From: Squalus acanthias | Taxonomy: Eukaryota | DNA: 64,000 bases | Direction: 5' to 3' | Assembly (NCBI GenBank): GCA_030390025.1 | Contig: CM059426.1 | Location: forward strand, 176,328,001 to 176,392,000 | In this document: positions 39,671-53,745 of the stretch, piece after piece | How the letters are laid out: every line of letters starts with the position of its first letter | How positions within the stretch are numbered: the stretch's first letter is position 1 | Position numbers and translations under genes: made by a program | Notes under the pieces: model-generated | Seen by the model: only the letters and a program-made list of their open reading frames with translations | Told to the model about the DNA's origin: nothing | Databases searched by the model: none

Positions 39671-40289
39671 TTTAACCATCAAGTTTGGAGACTGAACCTT
39701 GCCTGAATTGTCTGGAATTTTAACTTGGAAAGATCTGCTGGAATGCTTGTTATCATAATCAGAAAACATATGGAATCAAATTGATGCCTCAGCATATTAT
39801 GGACAAACCTTGTGGGCTGACAAATTAGGCGTAAGCTTTGCAGAGGATTTCCTGAATTTGGAGCGAGCGACTGTGAAGATGGATCGAGTGCTGTGCATGT
39901 TAACACTTGAACTATAGCTTTATTTCTATGACAGTATTCTAAACTGAAAGATTGCAATAATAATGCATTTTTATTAAGGGTACTGCACATTCAAAAGGTT
40001 ATTCCGTCATCTCAGTTTCTTCAATTTATTAGACAGTATTGAACATCAGTTAGCAGTAGAAAATCTAGATCTTTGTGTCTGCAGCTTCATGTTCCAGTTT
40101 TCTGATTGGCAGAGTTTAGGCTTATGTCTTGAGTTTCTGATTGATTCAGTGGTTGTTGTTACTGTTGAAACAATCAGATAACAGGAGGAAAATTTAAGTT
40201 CCCTTTAACCACCAAAACAGTGATCCAGCTTCAATGTTCACAGCCAACCCAGGAACACAAAATCAAAGTGATAATGGAAAGTTGACCGT

Positions 40290-40890
40290 TATCTCAAGTG
40301 GGTTGGAATACAAAGGTGAGGAAATTATGCTTCAGTTGTACAGAGCCTTGGTCAGACCACATCTGGAGTACTGCGTTTAGCACCTGCACCTCAGGAAAGA
40401 TACATTGGTCTTGGAGTATAGATTTACCACAATTATACCAGGGCTTAAAAGGGTTAAATTTTGAGAACAGGTTGCTTAAAGTTGGCTTGTATTCCCTTGA
40501 GTTTCGAAGCTAGAGGGGTGATCTAATTGAGGTGCTTAAAATGATAAAGGAATTCGATAGGTTAAATACAGAGAAACTATTTCCTGAGTTTGGGGTATCC
40601 AGAACAAGAGGGCATAATTCTAAAATTGGAGCTAGGCCATTTAGGAGTGAAATCAGGAAGCTCTTTTTTGCACAAAGGGTAGTAGAAAGCTAGAAGTCTC
40701 CCTCCCAAAAGGCTGTAGATGCTGCATCAATTGAAATTTTCAAGACTAAGATCAAGCAAATTTTTGTTGGGTAAGGGTATCGAGGGATATGGAGAAAAGG
40801 TGGGTAAATGGAGTTGAGGTAAAGATCAGCCATGATCTAATTGAATTGAACAGGCTTGAGGAGCTAATGGCCTACTCCTGTTCCTACATT
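40290..40890 (+). mobile_element. Degraded CR1 3' fragment
   Basis: LVRPHLEYC-like and GLYSLEFR coding remnants; CCTACTCCTGTTCCTA tail. Confidence 0.85.
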
Positions 40891-41597
40891 ATTTAGCTTG
40901 TCCGCTGACTTGCCATCTTTTGCTTCTGTCTCTCTACTTTTCCAAACATATTTATCATCAGCCTTAGCTGTACCCTAGCATTGTCTGTGGGTCTCCACAA
41001 TGTTGTCCTGGAGTTGGGTGTTAGGAACCCAGGCATGGAGTACAATCACAATCCTATTGATTTTTTTCCTCCCCCTGCTGTGTGGGAAGTACCTTAGCCC
41101 TTGTTTGTTATCTCCCCATGATCGCATAGCATCTGGCCATTTGTAGGATCTCTCGGTTGCATAAGAGTATAAAAAAAGAGAGAAATGCAGCGTTTTAGAA
41201 ACAATAGCAAAGAATCTAGTTAATAACATGACTGAAGGTCCAAATTTGTAGATATAGGCCATCAAATATTATGCAGAATGTTGTAACTGCAGCCCTATTG
41301 GAACCACGGCGATGCCATCGACAAAATGTAATCGGTCAGGGTTGAATAATGTAGATGGTTAATTAATATCCTGTAGCTTTGGCATGATTACTTTTAGCGG
41401 TAAGGAACACATTTCAGAGTTTAATATTCCTGGAGGTTTTCTCTAACCATTCACTTCTCTCGGGTGACTAGAATCTATAAGACTCTGAATGGTGTGTTGG
41501 AAGGAGTGGACCATATCTGCTTTTCTGGTTAGTATTTTATGCGGTTCTGACTATTGTGTAGTTCATTCTTTTTAACTCTCTTGGGAATACTGATGGG

Positions 41598-41939
41598 AAC
41601 GGTAGCACAGTGGTAATGTTACTGGACCAGTAATCCAGAGGCCTGGACTAATAATCAGGAGACAAGAGTTCAAATCCCACCACGGCAGCTGAGGAATTTA
41701 AATTCAATTAAATAAATCTGGAATAAAAAGCTAGTATCAGTAATGGTGACCATGAAACTATCGGATTGTCGTTGAAAAGCCCATCTGGTTCACTAATGTC
41801 CTTACCCAGTCTGGCCTATATTTGACTCCAGACCCACAGCAACGTGGTTGACTCTTAACTGCTCTCTGAAATGGCCCAGCAAGCCACTCTCAAGGGCAAT
41901 TTGGGATGGGCAATAAATGCTGGGTTTGCCAGAGGCGAC
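41598..41939 (+). mobile_element. LF-SINE-like tRNA-derived SINE
   Basis: A box TAGCACAGTGG, B box GAGTTCAAATCC; body CCAGACCCACAGCAA.GTGGTTGACTCTTAACTG..CTCTGAAATGG and tail GGGATGGGCAATAAATGC resemble the recalled LF-SINE consensus. Confidence 0.7.
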
Positions 41940-41942
41940 AAA

Positions 41943-42375
41943 CAGCTGTGGCTCATTTGGTAGCACTCTCGCCTGTGAGTCAGAAGATTGTGGGTTCAAG
42001 TTCCACTCCAGAGACTTCAGCACAAAAATCTAGACTGAAACTCCAATGAGGGAGTGCTGCACTGTCAGAGGTGCCATCTTCCGGATGAGACATTAAGCCG
42101 AGACTCCGTCTGTGCTCCCAGCTGGACGTAAAAGATCCCATTATTTTGAAGAAGAGCAGGGGATTTATCTCCGGTTTCCTGGACAATATTTATCACTCAA
42201 TCAGCATCACTTTAAAAAACAAAACAGATTATCTGGTCAATATCAATTGCTGTTTGTGGGAGCTTGCTGTTTTGGCTGCCACATTTCCTACATTACAACA
42301 GTGACTTCACTTCAAAAGTACTTCATTGGCTGTAAAGCGCTTTGGGACTTCCTGAGGTCATGAAATGCAAGTCTT
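41943..42375 (+). mobile_element. DeuSINE-like (SacSINE1-like) tRNA-derived SINE
   Basis: A box TGGCTCATTTGG, B box GGTTCAAGTTCC; GAGGGAGTGCTGCACTGTCAGAGGTGCC.TCTT.CGGATGAGAC block as recalled for the Deu domain; tail TGTAAAGCGCTTTGGGAC. Confidence 0.7.
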
Positions 42376-45024
42376 TTTTTCTTTTAAGTAGGTTTTGATT
42401 TCGCTGTACTTTGACAATACAACGAGGAACTTTGCAAAAAGGGAAAGCATGGGACAAGGAAAGAACATTTCATTCATTAAGTCTTGTCCATCCACAAATC
42501 ATGTACAACCTACCCTATCATGGACTGTACCCCACCCATTTAATCTCCCATGGGAAAGTTTTGGATAGAACTCACTGATTCACAAAAGTGAACTTCAGGA
42601 TGTACATCCATTCCCAAATTTCTACTATTCAACACAGGATTGCATCCCTCCACCTATCCCCTCCACCCCGCCCGTCTTGCAACCGAGCTGCAGGAACCAT
42701 TGTGTCCTGTGAAATATTTTACCATTTCAGTCTATAGATTGTAACATGATCCATACCATGCTCTCTCTGCCCACCTATTATGCAAGAGACTCACTTGTGA
42801 CTCATTCCACTGCTATTTTTGACCCCTACCACTATAAACTGCAGTTAAGTGACAGGTCACATGCTCAGTGTGGATCTGTGTTAGTGTTATGGGATCACTG
42901 TTCCGTTTACTGCTGGATTGAGTGTGTGGTGCCACTTCAAGCTAAATCATAGCTACGGAACAGGATAGAGGGGCTGAATGACCTATTCCAGTTCCTATAT
43001 TTGTTCCTGTGTATTTATTGGGAATCTTGTGTCAGTAATTGAGGTTATGTTGTAGTAGAACTCGGGAACAATGGCTTCTTAAAGTGGGGCTTTATGATAA
43101 CTAATGTAAACTAATGTAAATAGACTTTGGAAACTTCATAGCTAGAATAATCGCTGGTGAGGGTTGAATTAAAAAACGATATGCAGGTTGTATGTTAGTT
43201 TTTAGGCTAGTGTGTCCAACAAGGGGTCGTGTACACATCTGTAATTCAAACCCTGTGCATCTTTATTTTGCAAAATGTACTTTTTCTTTGAAATGCCTGG
43301 AAAGTCACCACGGTCAATTCAGCATGAATTTGACTAAATAGGTTAGGAAGACATTGTTTTTTTTTTAAAACAGTGATTATATTCCTCGATTAATTGCTAA
43401 ACATTACAGTCAAATTATTTGCAGGTTCTAACATAAACACATTCAGCTTGCAGGAATATTAATCTCCAGAAATGATGGGTATGGGACTCGAGCATCTTTT
43501 TGTGGCAAATATAAAGTTCAGCAGATGAAGAAGTGCCTTGTGCAATTTCCAAAACTCAGTGCATGCCAGGAAACAATTTCCCTTACCAAAATTGATTTTT
43601 GTACTATTGGTGACAAGCTGCTTGTGTTTCCAATCGAACACAAATGGGCTTATTTTAATTAATGTTGCTGGAAAATAAAGTGCTTGATTCTGTAATCAGA
43701 TTGATTTTCCTTGCCCAAGCCTGCACCAGATGTTTCCTTGCATTAATTCAGAAGAAGTCCCCCGCTTATCCGGCAGTGGTTTCGGAAGAGCATTGATGTG
43801 TAGCCCGAGGGAGAAAACAGGACTGGGCCTGGAACAGTTTGACCTTGTGCTGGACTGGAGAATTAACTCTTTTTTTGGAGGCTCAGTCAGACCTTGAAAA
43901 AATAAACAGGATAGGAACACGTCTGATGGCAAATAGCTTCCTCTGCTTTGTGTACGTTAACCCTTCCACATCCAGGGTGGGAGTCTGTCTGAGAAAATGA
44001 CAAAACTGGGGACTGCAGAGGTCATGTTCCCATTTATAATATTTAACATGAGGGAATTCTGCTGTTCACAAATGTTCTATGCAGCAGGGCACTGAGTGGA
44101 GAGCTGTGAGCTGTGTAGGGAATTCAGTACTCAAAGGGTTAAGCATCACTGCTAGCTGCAGTATTCGCTGGGGAGTATTTGGAAAGACTAGCAGAGATAA
44201 TGACAAGAGGAAACAGGAAGATACTTTCTTCAATTTCCACTTTGTGGTTTTTTTGCATTTTATTTTAAATGTTTTTCTTTTTTTTCCACTGAACTGATGA
44301 CTGCCTCAAATAATCACAGACAGATCTCCCTGTATGAGATGGGGTTTGTTTGTGCAAATTTTGACCTTTTGTCCCTGCTGTGGATCAGAGGACAGCATTT
44401 TACATTGACTAACAGATCACAGGATTACAGTTTTCTTTTTCTCTTGTCATTTTCGCCCCTTCTCTTTCTCCTCACCAGACACTGTTGAATATTTGCTGAG
44501 GTATTGCCATTTCTACATGTGCTGATTGTCCTTTGGTGCCTTGCCAACATGGCAATTATTCATGTATGAGCCTCGACAATGTGTTGGAAAGCTATTTAAC
44601 TAAAGGGTTATCACATCCATGTATGACTCTGCCCTTCCCTGATATCCACACTTGTATAGTGATCAGAAATAGAAGCCCTGGCTGATATTTCTCCCCTCCC
44701 GAATCTGCAATGTTGTAGCCGATTGTAGTGTTCCTAAAGTTTGTTACAAAATGATGCATTTTTGTCTAGCATTTAACAACGTTAGCTTTAATTCAGTCAC
44801 AGCACGTAAGTGGGTAAAAACCAACTTCATAACCAGAAATCATATCCCAGCTTAACTTGATACAATAGTTTTTACTTTTAGATTTTACTTGGTTTGTCTA
44901 TGCCTGGTGCCCAAGGAACGGGTCATGGTTGTTCAATTTAAATGTAAATATGTATGGAATTTGTTCAAATACGTGTTTGGCAGCTTTTTTATTACCAAGC
45001 AATTATTGAACTCAGGACACACTC

Positions 45025-46582
45025 CATTGTGTCGTGTCGTGTCGCACTATCACCGTGCTAAGTGGGATAGATTAAAAACAGATCTAGCAGCTCAAAACTA
45101 GGCATCCAGGAGGTGCTGTGGGCCATCAGCAGCAGCAGAATTGTATACCACCGCAATCTGTAACCTCATGGCCCATCATATCCCTAGTTCCGCCATCACC
45201 ATCAAACCAGATGACCCATCTGATTCAACGATGAGTGTAGTGGAGCATGTCGGGAACAGCACCAGGCTTACTTGAAAATGAGGTGCCAACCTGGTGAAGC
45301 TACAACACAGGACTACATGCATACTAAACAACAGAAGCAGCATGCTATAGACCGATCTAAGTGATTCTGACAACTAACGGATCAGGTCAAAGCTTTGCAC
45401 TACTGCCACATCCTGTCGTGAATGGTGGTGGACAATTAAGCAACTAACTGGAGGAGGAGGCCCCATGAACATCCCCATCCTCAATGATGGTGGAACCCAG
45501 CACGTGAGTGCAAAAACCAAGGGTGAAGCGTTCACAACCATCTTCAGCCAGAAGTGCTGAGTGGATGATCCATCTTGGCCTCCTCCTGAAGTATCCTCTG
45601 TCACAGATACCAGTCTTCAGCCAATTTGATTCACTCCACATGACATCAAGAAACGGCTGAGTGCACTGGACACATCATAGGCTATGGGCCCCGACAATAT
45701 TCCAGCTGTAGTGCTGAAGACCTATGCTCCAGAATTTGCAATTCGCAATTCCTCACATAATGAAGCAGTCCGTGCCCGCATGCAGCAAGACCTGGACAAC
45801 ATCCAGCCTAGGGCTGATAACTGGCAAGTAACATTCAGTCCACACAAGTGCCAGGAAATGACCATCTCCAGCAAGAGAGAGCATAACCACCATGTTCAAT
45901 GACATTACTATCACCCACCATCAATATCCTGGGGCTCACCATTGACCAGAAACTGAACTGGTCCAGGCACCTAAACGTCGTGGCTACTAGAGCAGGTCAG
46001 AGGTTGGGTATTCTGCGGTGAGTGGCTCACCTGACTCCCCAAAGCCGCTTTGCCACTTACAAGGCACAAGTCAGGAGAATGATGGAATACTCCACACTTG
46101 CCTGGATGAGTGCAGCTCTAACAACACTCGAAGCTCGATACTATCCAGGATAAAGCAGTCCACTTGATTGGCACCCATTCACTGGCTTAGACGTCCACTC
46201 CCTCCACCATCGGTGTACTGTGGCTACAGTGTGTATTATCTACAGGATGCACTGCAGCAACTCATTAAGGCTTCTTCAGCAGCACCTCCCAAACCCGCGA
46301 CCTCCACCACTTGGAATGACTAGGGCAGCAGGTGAATGGGAACACCAAGTCCCACACCATCCTGACTTGGACATATATCGCCGTTTCTTCATTGTCGCTG
46401 GGTCAAAAACCTAGAACTCTCTACCTGACAGTATTGCGGGAGTACCTTTTCACCATACGAACTGTAGTGGCTCAAGAAGAAGACTCACCACCACCTTCTC
46501 GAGGGCAACTAGGGATGGGCAATAAATGCCGGCCTTGCGACTGATACGCACATCCTGAGAATGAAATTTAAAAAAAAAAAAA
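45025..46582 (+). mobile_element. Degraded CR1/L2-group LINE of a different family, internally deleted
   Basis: GPDNIPAVVLK, QQDLDNI..ADNWQVTFSPHKCQ, YKAQVR..MEY remnants; 3' tail ending in an A run. Confidence 0.75.
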
Positions 46583-49500
46583 TTTGATCTGTGTCGTCCT
46601 GTTTACATTTTTTTTTAAGGTATTTATCAACTTGTCTTATTCAAATTAGAGACAGAAGGGAAAAAGGTAACCAATTTATAAGAATATTTTGTATATCATA
46701 GTTTATTGCAACAGTCACACCCACCCTCCTCCATCTGTCCTCTTTCCTTTTTCTCTCTCTCATTCTCTGATACTGCAGCTACTGGTCACTCATTCAGCAG
46801 AACAAAAATATTTTTTTCCTTTCATTATTTCCTCTCTTATTTTACTTTTACATGACCCTGATGTGTGCTGAGTTACATGACAACATGTTTAAACTACACA
46901 GCAGTTGCAGTGAGCATAATTATGCTACCTTTTCTGACTTGGCTGAGTGGGCCAGAAACATGACATGACTGATGTCTTTCCAGGGAGTTTTTTTTTCTGT
47001 GCAAGTTGTCTTGTGTGCTGCATCATGGTACCTGAAGAGTGATGAAGTGCCATATCATCATATCTCTCTGGCCTTTGAAAGTCCAGGCTCTTGGATAATA
47101 TCCACCTCTGATGTAGGTTGGACTTACAAGGAGTCACCCTAGTAGGTAGCCATCATATATGCCTAAATTACCAGAACCTTGTCACAATCAGTCTTCACTG
47201 TGACGTATAATACTTCTGATATGGTCAGCCATGAGGCTTCTGGAAGAAGGGCTAGTGTTGATTTAGTTAATTATTGAGTGCCCAATATTTACAGAGCTTG
47301 CTATGGATTAGGTATCAACATGGTTGACTAATATTCCTGTGATAGTCTTTTGAGATGTTACTGTCCTGTTGAATAGGTTTTACTCTGCCTTTTCTTAGTT
47401 TGGCTGTCTGGTTCTAGAATAGAGTTAGTATCTTAAGCCTGTCATAATAAGGTTGATAACATGCAGCAACTATGTTCATAATGTCCTTGTAACCATCTAG
47501 AGCTGTCACTGTGCTACATAGATTAAAGAATGCATGCCTGTTGTGTCCTTACTGTAGCCATTTCTTCATTTCAAGTCAGTTTGATATTGGCAAGCCCTTT
47601 GCTTCTATCCTTATCTTGGTATCTTCATGCAAGTTTCAAGATATGTTAACATCTTTGCCAGTGACTGGAAAGAATCAATACCCACCACATTCAGCCACCC
47701 GCACAATATTATTGGCTGTTAGGTTCATGAAACAAAGTTTGTTGCAGACTTTATGGTTCTGTGGAGACTGTACATCTGTTCAGTGCTGGAGTGACCAGCT
47801 CTGAATCTTGCCTGCCTTTCAGACAGGTTGGTTTAGAACATTAGAAAAAAATAGAACTCAGTTGCTCAGTGGGCAAATACATTACATTAGCCATAGTAAA
47901 CTGCGAAGGTCCCATGTAAATTCTCAGTCTTTGTTGAGTTAGCAGATCTCAGCTGGGGCGATGGTGAAAACGCCACAATAGTTTCCAATTCCTATCAGGT
48001 AGACTCTGTTGCAAGTGTGTGAATGTTGGGTGAGGACTGTAATAGTTGATTAGCCAGTCAGCACTCGCTGTCTAGAGTTACTCTTGACTAGCAGTTGGTT
48101 AAGGTGTTGGAAGCCCTTGGAACTATAGCTGTAGCATGAGTCAATACACAGGAGGTGAGAGGGAAAAATGGATGAAAAATATTGCAGAGTAAACTCCATA
48201 TAAAGTCAGATTGGGATATTGTTTTTTTTTCTGTTCACTTGTCTCTAATGGGGAATGGGTCCACAGCACAAACCTTCTAATCTGGCACTAATTGGCAATC
48301 TTATTCATAGTATGGCTGATGAGGAAAATGGAAAAATATCCCACTAGTGCAGTAGGGGATGCTCTTCATGCACTTGGGCAGCATAGAGGGATCTTTATTC
48401 TGCATCTAACTGTGCTGTGGTTGATTTAAGAGGGCTTGATGTGACACTGGAAGGTTCTTTGTTCCCATTATTAGCATCCCTCATGTTGATAATCACACAG
48501 TTTGTTTTCTTATAAATACGTTTGAGGTGGACTGCTTAGTTCCAAGATTTGCAGTTTTAAGGCTTGTTGGTCTGTGACTCTACAAGGTCCGCTATTGGAA
48601 ATATGAAAAAAATGCTTTTACCATTTCTGATATTTCAGTTGAATGGAAAAGGAAAAATGTTGATGTCACTGTGTAAGCATGAGAATAACAGTACTGCAGT
48701 TGCGTGGGGCAGCCATACAAATACAGCGACTGAAACTGAACCACACACCTTTTCAGTTTCAATATTTTTAGTTTCTGTTGAGGGAAAAACAGAGAGCAAA
48801 GAGTGAACTTTGATGACTCTATTTATATACCTACCTAATATTTAAAATTGAATGTAATGGTGTGATGAGCCTAATTCAACCCTGTAGTCTGTTTACTCGC
48901 AAAAATGTAAATAGATGTGAAAAATACGTAATTTCTTTCTCGATCAATAATGTTGTTTGAAAGTCTCATCATAAATATTATTGTAATAGTTGTCCCAATG
49001 TCTCAGTTGGTGAAAATAGTGTGTAACTGAGCCATACAGAACAGACGGTGCTAGGTGAGGTTCCTGGCTTGTATTGTTGTTGAATTAGCTTATCTCAACC
49101 TGGGCAGTGCTACAATTGACCTCCCACCCTTAGCTTCAGGGTGGGGGAAAATCAGCTAGGCTTTCCACTCCTGATTTGTTATCCACTGACCCCTGCTGAA
49201 AGTACACGTGTGTGGATCTTGGCTCAGGGCAAGATCAGGCTTGGCTAATAGTTGCCGGAGGGCAGCCTGTACCATCTAACCATACCCCAGCATAAGTCAG
49301 CACCTTCAGGGGCAGCGGGAGACAAATTGGCGGAGGAAGGAAATATTAGTGTGGGAAATTCTTTTTAAAAAAGAAATAACTTTGAGGATTACGACTTATA
49401 ACTTTAAATAGAAAAAAGATGAAATGTTATTACATTACGTCCATGATTTATTTAGTTAAGTTCTTATCAATATCTTCGTTCATTAATTATCTGTTTTATG

Positions 49501-50299
49501 GAGGGACAAAACCCAACAATCAGGATGTAAATAATAAAGAAATAAAATAAAATTTGGCAACAATTCAGCGGTATTATGTCAGATAACTGCTGCATGAACA
49601 GTTTTGCAGAGAAATATCGATGGACAGGAGTAAGATAATGTGGAAGTATGACTGGTGAGTATAGGGTGATCTGTCAGATACTCAGTAGCATTGGGAGCAA
49701 ATCTCTTTAAGAGCATTTGCATGTGAAGTAGGAGAAACATTAAAAAAAACAAAGCCATATTTTCCTGTTAATTTTACAGTAAAAATGTTCTTAAAAGCAG
49801 TGCCTATTCTTCACAAAAATTAGTAAATGGAAGAAAATATAACCCCAAAATTTTAAAATACGTTGTGCTTCTTCAAAGATAATGTATTTGGGGTGACCTT
49901 TTGCACTTATCAAGTGAGGGATGTCAGTACTGATGGATTGGAACACTTCAACCTTAGGTTGGCATCGAGCACTCCCATGTCAGTTATAGCGTGATTAGAT
50001 AGAGAGTAAAGCTCCCTCTCTGTCCCAACCTTGAAGAATACCTCTTGCTGCAGTATTGAAACCATTTTGTTTGCCCACACTAGCTAGCCTTGTAGCATTT
50101 ACTAGATCATTGATTAATGCTGAATTAGGAGCAGTTTTATAATGTGGGCCCATATCTGCGCGAAACTGGCTAGAGTTGGCCCTAGCTCTACAAATAGGAG
50201 TCTTACAGCCGAGAGATAATTTCCAAGGCCGAGTGAAGAAAGGATAACCTGTTCACCCAATGTGCCAACCTGTACTTTGTTCTAACTTTTTAAAACCAT

Positions 50300-51071
50300 G
50301 GTCCAGAATTTCCTGGAGCAGGGCATCTCATGACGTGCCCGGTTAGTTAGACTTTTTCCTGCACCCTTCTACTCAAAAATGTTTTGCCCTGTAAGTTGCT
50401 GGAAGTGCGAGCTGATAACGGTGCGGCGAGGGCAACAGGGCATCTGGGTCCTTACTCAGTGTTGGGACCAACACTGTAACTCCTTAACCAATGAGATTTA
50501 AGGATTGCGAAATAAACAAAGGACTCAGAAGGAGGGTGAATTAGAGTGGGTGAATTCAATGTCAAATCAGGTACAGAAGGAGAAATAAAGAGAGGGAAAG
50601 AAAGATTGGATTAAGAAAGAAAAAAAGACATAAAGCAAAAGTAAGACATTTTTGTTAAGATTTAAAATTTGACATTTTTAAAATCTCTAACAACAATCAC
50701 TAGCTGAAGGATTGAGACTCCACAGTTTAAATTGTTCACTTTCTGGGCCAGAGAAGTTGATTGGCAGTCATTAACAATTATCACGTCATTAAAAGGATAC
50801 TTGCGCTATTAATTACTAGACTTAACTTTCTGTGGCGAGTTTAATTGGCAATTAATGTGCATAAGCAGCAACTTCACGAAACTCATGGGGAGGTTCAGGG
50901 GAGCTGCCGTTTTCACAAGGTTAACAGCGGAGCGGCCAAATCGTCCAACAACTCATGGCGATTCGTAATTCATGGGGTACATCTTCCTCGCCACAACTTG
51001 CTGGCCGATTTGGACATTAATCATGGCATGTGTCGTTCTCCTGTTGTTATTTTTTCAGCAAATTCCAGCCC
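50300..51071 (+). mobile_element. Harbinger-type MITE (~770 bp)
   Basis: Termini GGTCCAGAATTTCCTG / rc GGGCTGGAATTTGCTG; possible TSD CAT; end-to-end similarity with 55651-56401. Confidence 0.8.
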
Positions 51072-52222
51072 ATATATTCTACAGAAACCATTAACTGATG
51101 TGGGAAAATATGCAAATATGCAAATAAATTACACTTTCAGTAATAGAAAATAATGTCTAAAGATACAGTATAAGTCTTTGTCTTGGAAGAGGGGAAGAAA
51201 TGAAGAAAAACAAAAAGGACAAAGACATTTTTAGGACACCACACATCAGCCACAGCTGAAAGTGTAGCCCTTTGCTCATGTAGCTCTAGCACTGGATACG
51301 AAGAGATGCATATGAGTGGCCTATGGGTGAAATTCCCTCAGAGTTTTATTTCCTTTAAAAAAAATAATGTACTTATCAAGGTGAGGGATATTAGTGCTGG
51401 GAAATGGAACTCTTCCCATTTCAGGCTCCAAGCATGCTCAAGTCAGTTATAGTCAGATACAAAGCAAAGCTCCCTTTTCTCTTCCCCAGCAATATGCGAG
51501 GTCCAACCTCAAAAGATCACTCCCTACTGCATCAGTGTGGCATGTTTTCCATTTCCTGCACAAAATATGCTTAGACCTGTCTGAGTTACATTGCCATTTA
51601 GTGACAGATTTGTGCTGTAGGTCCATGCAGACTAGGAACTGGATTGAGACGGTCCAAACTCATTGCACATCAGATTCTTACAGCCAGACAAAGGAGACTT
51701 TCATCTCGTCTGTCTGGTTGGATTTGAGCCAAAGTCACAGAAGTGAAAGGCCAGTGTCTAACCCACTGTGCTACCCAGCTGTCCTTTACTTCCTTTCTGA
51801 AGGGAAGTGCCAACTCTCCACTCAACTCCACTGCTTGGTGTCACAGTGAAGACTGATAACTTCTGTTTGAATCACAGGTACACACCTGTGACCTACCACT
51901 CCATTCTGTTCTTTTTAAAGTAATGCTATTGATGAACACATTATTTGAATAAACTCTTGCTAATTTGCATTGAGTTGGTGTGTTATGCAGTAATTACTTA
52001 AGTGTTTGCATTGAACATAATTGTACTTTTTAATACTTTGAAGTAGATGTTGGTGATATGCAAATTATATTGTGCATTTTAAAAATTATTTTGCAAAGTT
52101 TGAAGAAATATTGTAGCAGATGAATTAAAATTAATTTAAGACTAATTTCTAAAGAGAAATGTAATGTTCAGCAAATCCCAGACAAAACGCGTGACCCACA
52201 AAAATGCTCTTCTTTCTGACAG

Positions 52223-52377
52223 GTCTGCATGCTTTGCGTCGGGCACTTGGAGAATGTAACAACCCTTCAGACGAAAAGGTGGCCGGGTCAGTGAAGATAA
52301 CTTTTAATGACTTCCTGCAAGCGATGAATGATGTCAGGCCTAGTGCCATGAGGGAGGTGACTATTGATGTGCCAAAA
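52223..52377 (+). CDS. AFG2A: AFG2A/SPATA5 exon, end of D1 and D1-D2 linker ([11 protein letters not shown]...[28 protein letters not shown])
   Basis: cAG acceptor, GTAAGT donor; 155 bp, phase 1/0; RPSAMRE motif typical of the CDC48/AFG2 linker. Confidence 0.95.
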
Positions 52378-53203
52378 GTAAGTTATTACTGCAACAGAGA
52401 AATAATGTCTGGATATGTTTACATGTTGCAGAGTGTAACTTTCAGCTTCCAGGCTTGCTTGCCAAGGAAGAAACAAATGGCTTAGTTTTGGGAGGAAACT
52501 CCTATGTTATTGTAGGAAGAGCATGTAAATTTTTAAATATCAGTACCTCCAGAATAGGAAGGAGGAAACGAATGTTAGTCTTGTGATTTCCAGAAAATGC
52601 TGTCTTGAGTAACTCTTATGTTGAAAGTAAGATGTTTTACAATTTTAATCTATTTTTAATAAAATAATACTTGCCTTGTTTTCCATTTTTAGTTTGCCCC
52701 AAGTAGACACTTTATAGTGTTTTGCTTAAATGAACAAAACATTTAGGGAATTTCAATTTCATTTTTTTTTACTGTGTTTGCTCAATATTGGCTCTTGTTC
52801 TGGTGTGCCTGGAATTTGGTTTGGTGGACCGTCTAGTAGATATGCTGCAGAGAATTGAACCTTGAACTGGCTGATGCATGTCCAAGTAAGGTCATTTGAT
52901 AGAGGATAATGGTTTAAGTACACCTTTTCGAATACCAGTTCAGCTTGTAGCTCACAATTCTTTTTTTTTAAATGGAAGCCACGTTGACATTGTGATTTAT
53001 TGACTATTAGAATTTATAGTGAAGGTATTTTAATTTCCAAGTACATCTTGTATACTAAAACCTCCCTTGGATCAACAGAGGAGCGTGATGGGGGAGGAGC
53101 AGGGGGAAGAGTGGGGGAGTGTGGTAGGGGAGAGGAGGAGACTGGAAAGTAGGGGGAAAGGAGGACAGGAAGAGTGGGGGAGAGTGATGGAGGGAGAGTG
53201 GTA

Positions 53204-53745
53204 CATAGGAACAGGAGTAGGCCATTCAGACCCTCGAGGCTGTTCTGGCACTTAATTAGATCATGGCTGATCACCTCAACTCTATTTTACCTGCCTTTGT
53301 TCCTTATCTCTTGATACCCTTACCTAACAAATCTATCGATCTCAGTCTGAAAAATTTAAATTGGCCCAGCATCCACAGCCTTTTGGGGAATGAGTTCCCA
53401 ATTTCCATTAGCCTTTGTGTAGAAAAAGTGCTCCCTTATTTCACTCTTCAGTGGCCCAGCTTTCATTTTAAGATTATGCCCTCTTGTTCTGTATTTCCCC
53501 CACCATATAAAATAGTTTTGAATCTACCCTATTAAATCCCTTTATCATTTTAAATATCTTGATTAGATCTCAACCATTTAAACTCAAGGGAATAAAAGCC
53601 ACGTTTATGCCACCTGTCATCCTAATTTAACCCTTTAAGCCCTGGTATCATTCTAGTGAATCTGCACTGTAGCCCTGCTAAGGCCAGTATGTCTTTCCTA
53701 AGATGCACAAACCTGAATCCAGTATTCCAGATGGGGTCTGTTTCA
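53204..53745 (-). mobile_element. Degraded CR1 3' fragment
   Basis: CATAGGAACAGGAGTAGGCCATT tail and CR1 C-terminal remnants. Confidence 0.75.

Noticed and set aside
52204-52485. 93-aa ORF as a standalone gene
   Set aside because: Only 52223-52377 is exon; the rest is intronic read-through past splice sites
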